Positions 61,484-64,000 of a stretch of DNA of 64,000 nt are shown here, piece after piece. This DNA is from an uncultured Acidobacteriota bacterium. GTDB taxonomy: Bacteria > Acidobacteriota > Vicinamibacteria > Vicinamibacterales > JAKQTR01. The notes under the pieces were generated by a model, which ran no database searches, was not told the origin of the DNA, and was given only the letters and a program-made list of their open reading frames with translations. Each line of letters opens with the position of its first letter. Position 1 is the first letter of the stretch. The DNA lies in contig CAWJJY010000007.1 of assembly GCA_963843385.1 (NCBI GenBank), positions 1,974,028 through 2,038,027 of the forward strand. The letters are read 5' to 3'. Both the position numbers and the translations under genes were made by a program.

Positions 61484-63991
61484 ATGAGCCAATCCAACTC
61501 CATCGATGAGCGGCTGCGCACGGCGGCGACCCGCCCGGGCCCGCCCCGGCGAGGCAGGCGCTGGGTCCGGCGGATTGCACTCGGACTCGCGGTCGCCGTG
61601 GTCGTCCTGATTGCCCTGGGTTTCTGGCGCCTTCAGGCCGCCCTGCCCGATACCACCGGGACCATTCGGGTTGCCGGGTTGCGGGCGCGCGCGGAGATCC
61701 TGCGCGACACGGACGATATTCCGCACATCCGCGCGGCAAGCGAGACCGACGCGCTGTTTGCGCTCGGATATGTTCACGCGCAGGATCGCCTCTGGCAGAT
61801 GGACTTCCAGCGCCGTGTCGCCCAGGGCCGGCTGTCGGAGATCCTCGGCACCGGAACGCTGAAGACCGATCGGCTGCTCCGCACGATCGGCCTGGCTCGT
61901 GCCGGGCGGGATGCCTGGGCTCACCTCGACGGCAACGTCAGGGGCCTCATCGAAGCCTACGTCGCCGGCATCAACGCATTCCTGGCCGATCATCACGGCG
62001 GCAGCCTGCCGCTCGAATTCGCGCTGCTGAGGGTGTCGCCTGAACCCTGGAAGGGCGAGGACGTGCTCGCGTGGCAGAAGGCGATGGGCTGGCTCCTGAG
62101 CATGAACTGGGAAGAGGAGCTTCTGCGAGTGAAGCTGGCCGCACGGGTCGGCACGCAGGCTGCCGGCGAGTTGACGCCCGCCTACACGGCGAATGGGCCC
62201 ACGATTCTGTCCGCTGATTCAATACCTGGACCACAGGAGACTCCCGCGGCCGGACTCATCGTCCCGCCAAGGGCGCCCGATCCGGCCGCACGTCCCGGCC
62301 AGGCGCTCGTGCGTGAGCTCGCGCAGCTCACCGCGGAGATTCACGCGGTGCCCTTCATGCCCCAGGCCGGCGGCGGCAGCAACAACTGGGTGATCTCGGG
62401 CGGCCGAACGGTGACCGGCAAGCCGCTGCTCGCCAACGATCCACACCTGGGTGGGCAGTCGCCATCCATCTGGTACCTGGCTCACGTCTCGGGCGGCGAT
62501 CTCGACGCCATCGGCGCGACACTGCCCGGCGCACCCGGCATCATCATCGGACACAACAGGCGCATCGCGTGGGGGGTGACCGCACTGCTGACCGACGTGG
62601 AGGACCTGTACATCGAGCACGTCAATGCCGCCGATCAGGCCGAGTACAACGGCGCGTGGGAACCGATGGCGGTGCTTCGCGAGGTCATCAAGGTCCGCGG
62701 CGGTCAGGACGTGCCGGTCCGCATCCGCATCACCCGGCATGGCCCGCTGGTCTCGGACATCCTCGACGACCCCGGAGAGGCGTTCGCGCTCCGCTGGACG
62801 GGGCACGACCTCGAGGACGACACGGCCGAGAGCTTCATGAAGATCGATCTGGCCAGGAACTGGGACGAGTTCGTCGCCGGGTTCGCCCGATTCCGGCTTC
62901 CGATGCAGAACTTCGTGTACGCGGACATCGACGGCAACATCGGCTACTACGGCCCGGGCGCCATCCCCGTTCGCGGCGGCGGCAGCGACGGCCGGATGCC
63001 GGTGCCGGGCTGGACCGACGCCTACGAGTGGCGGGGATACGTGCACGAGAGCGCGTGGCCCAAGGCCTACAACCCCGCGCGCGGATACATTGCCTCGGCC
63101 AACAACCAGGTGGCGCCGGATTCCTACCCGTACCTGGTGGGCACCAGCTGGGAACCCGCCTATCGCATCGCGAGAATCACCGAGCTCATCGAGGCGGCGC
63201 CACGCCTGGCGGCCGACGACATGGCACGCATCCAGCGTGACGTGCGCTCGGCGCAGGTCAAGGTCGTCCTGCCGTTCCTGCTTCGAGCCCGCCCGAGGGA
63301 TTCGCGAAGCCGGGACGCGATGGCGCGCCTCGAGAAGTGGGACGGAAGCATCGCCGCCGAGAGCCCCGACGCAGCGCTCTACGAGGCCTGGTACACCGCG
63401 ACGGTCCATCGGCTCTTCTCCGATGAGCTTGGCGAGGATCTGTGGACCGAGTACGCACGGCACCCCAGCCTGGTCGCCAAGGCCCTCGATCGCGTGATCC
63501 AGTCCCGCGATGCCGCGTGGTGCGACGACGTGCGGACCAAGGAGCCGGAAAGCTGCGAGACGATTCTCGGCGACTCGCTGGCGACCGCCCTCGACGATGA
63601 GGAAGCGCGGCAGGGCACGTCGAACATCGCGAACTGGCGCTGGGACCGCGTGAACGCCGCGACGTTCCCCCATCTGCCCTTCGATCGGGTGGGTCTGCTC
63701 CGCCGCTTCTTCAGCCGTACGGTCCCGCGCGGCGGCGACTCCTTTACGGTGACGCCGACCATGCCGGTCCGCGAGGAGATCTTCATCTCATCCTACCGGC
63801 AGATCATCGATCTGTCGTCGCTCGATACCTCGCGCTTCGTGATCCCGATGGGACAGTCCGGGTACGTGTGGAGCAGGCACTACGCAGACCTGCTCGATCG
63901 CTGGAGCAAGGTCGAGTATGTCCCTATGCGATTCACAGCCGCCGCGGTCGACGCAGCCGTGTCCGCCAGGCTGACCCTCGAGCCGAAGTAG
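61484..63991 (+). CDS. Penicillin acylase / AHL-acylase family Ntn-hydrolase (peptidase S45)
   Basis: N-terminal anchor RIALGLAVAVVVLIALGFW. Alpha-subunit blocks: DTDDIPHIRAASETDALFALGYVHAQDRLWQMDF. Autoprocessing site ...QAGGG|SNNWVISG, with Ser as the beta-subunit N-terminal nucleophile. Further blocks: LLANDPHL, NFVYADIDGNIGY. Confidence 0.85.
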   Translation: MSQSNSIDERLRTAATRPGPPRRGRRWVRRIALGLAVAVVVLIALGFWRLQAALPDTTGTIRVAGLRARAEILRDTDDIPHIRAASETDALFALGYVHAQDRLWQMDFQRRVAQGRLSEILGTGTLKTDRLLRTIGLARAGRDAWAHLDGNVRGLIEAYVAGINAFLADHHGGSLPLEFALLRVSPEPWKGEDVLAWQKAMGWLLSMNWEEELLRVKLAARVGTQAAGELTPAYTANGPTILSADSIPGPQETPAAGLIVPPRAPDPAARPGQALVRELAQLTAEIHAVPFMPQAGGGSNNWVISGGRTVTGKPLLANDPHLGGQSPSIWYLAHVSGGDLDAIGATLPGAPGIIIGHNRRIAWGVTALLTDVEDLYIEHVNAADQAEYNGAWEPMAVLREVIKVRGGQDVPVRIRITRHGPLVSDILDDPGEAFALRWTGHDLEDDTAESFMKIDLARNWDEFVAGFARFRLPMQNFVYADIDGNIGYYGPGAIPVRGGGSDGRMPVPGWTDAYEWRGYVHESAWPKAYNPARGYIASANNQVAPDSYPYLVGTSWEPAYRIARITELIEAAPRLAADDMARIQRDVRSAQVKVVLPFLLRARPRDSRSRDAMARLEKWDGSIAAESPDAALYEAWYTATVHRLFSDELGEDLWTEYARHPSLVAKALDRVIQSRDAAWCDDVRTKEPESCETILGDSLATALDDEEARQGTSNIANWRWDRVNAATFPHLPFDRVGLLRRFFSRTVPRGGDSFTVTPTMPVREEIFISSYRQIIDLSSLDTSRFVIPMGQSGYVWSRHYADLLDRWSKVEYVPMRFTAAAVDAAVSARLTLEPK

Positions 63992-64000
63992 CGCCCGCCA

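Noticed and set aside
1-64000. Searched for rRNA, tRNA, integrase/transposase/phage genes, toxin-antitoxin pairs, restriction-modification or known defence-system gene sets
   Set aside because: None was recognised in any frame. The only nuclease-superfamily proteins are the PLD protein, which is embedded in a phosphate-themed envelope operon, and the orphan DEDD exonuclease. I therefore do not claim a defence island.

Overview
This is a 64-kb chromosomal segment that is very GC-rich by eye (third codon positions mostly G/C). It is densely packed with about 40 protein-coding genes, many of them translationally coupled. The gene content suggests an Acidobacteriota-like soil bacterium, which is an inference only: a VWFA-type VWA protein beside a CarboxypepD_reg-type TonB-dependent-like barrel, three DUF1501 / DUF1549-DUF1553 / DUF1800 genes, a PEGA protein and M16 peptidase pairs. 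I found no rRNA, tRNA, CRISPR array, transposase or integrase.

All calls come from reading the translated ORFs and recalling family motifs; no search was run. The ORF track is full of long antisense shadow ORFs typical of high-GC DNA. I kept only the frame with recognisable family signatures and moved several starts to internal ATG/GTG codons that have an RBS or signal peptide.

Most interesting observations:
1. A 1,718-aa dikinase-like giant (46025..51181). It has about 975 aa of unrecognised N-terminus, then a phosphohistidine swivel domain, then a C-terminal PPDK_N ATP-grasp. This is the domain order of glucan-water dikinases, not of PpsA or PPDK.
2. That giant's stop overlaps (ATGA) the start of a MaeB-like malic enzyme whose catalytic Lys and metal ligands appear substituted. 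It also sits directly downstream of a TetR / ABC / FtsX / HlyD exporter module on the same strand.
3. A tight four-gene operon (26331..31279): a STAS-DUF4956 fusion membrane protein, a small double-HKD PLD protein, an OprO/P-like porin and a secreted CotH kinase.
4. An overlapping pair of thymidylate-kinase-fold proteins, one with an intact P-loop and one degenerate.
5. A (GGTTACA)n heptamer array and a duplicated gene 3' end between convergent genes.
6. A roughly 45-codon remnant of a DAHP synthase directly downstream of a RidA/chorismatase-like gene.
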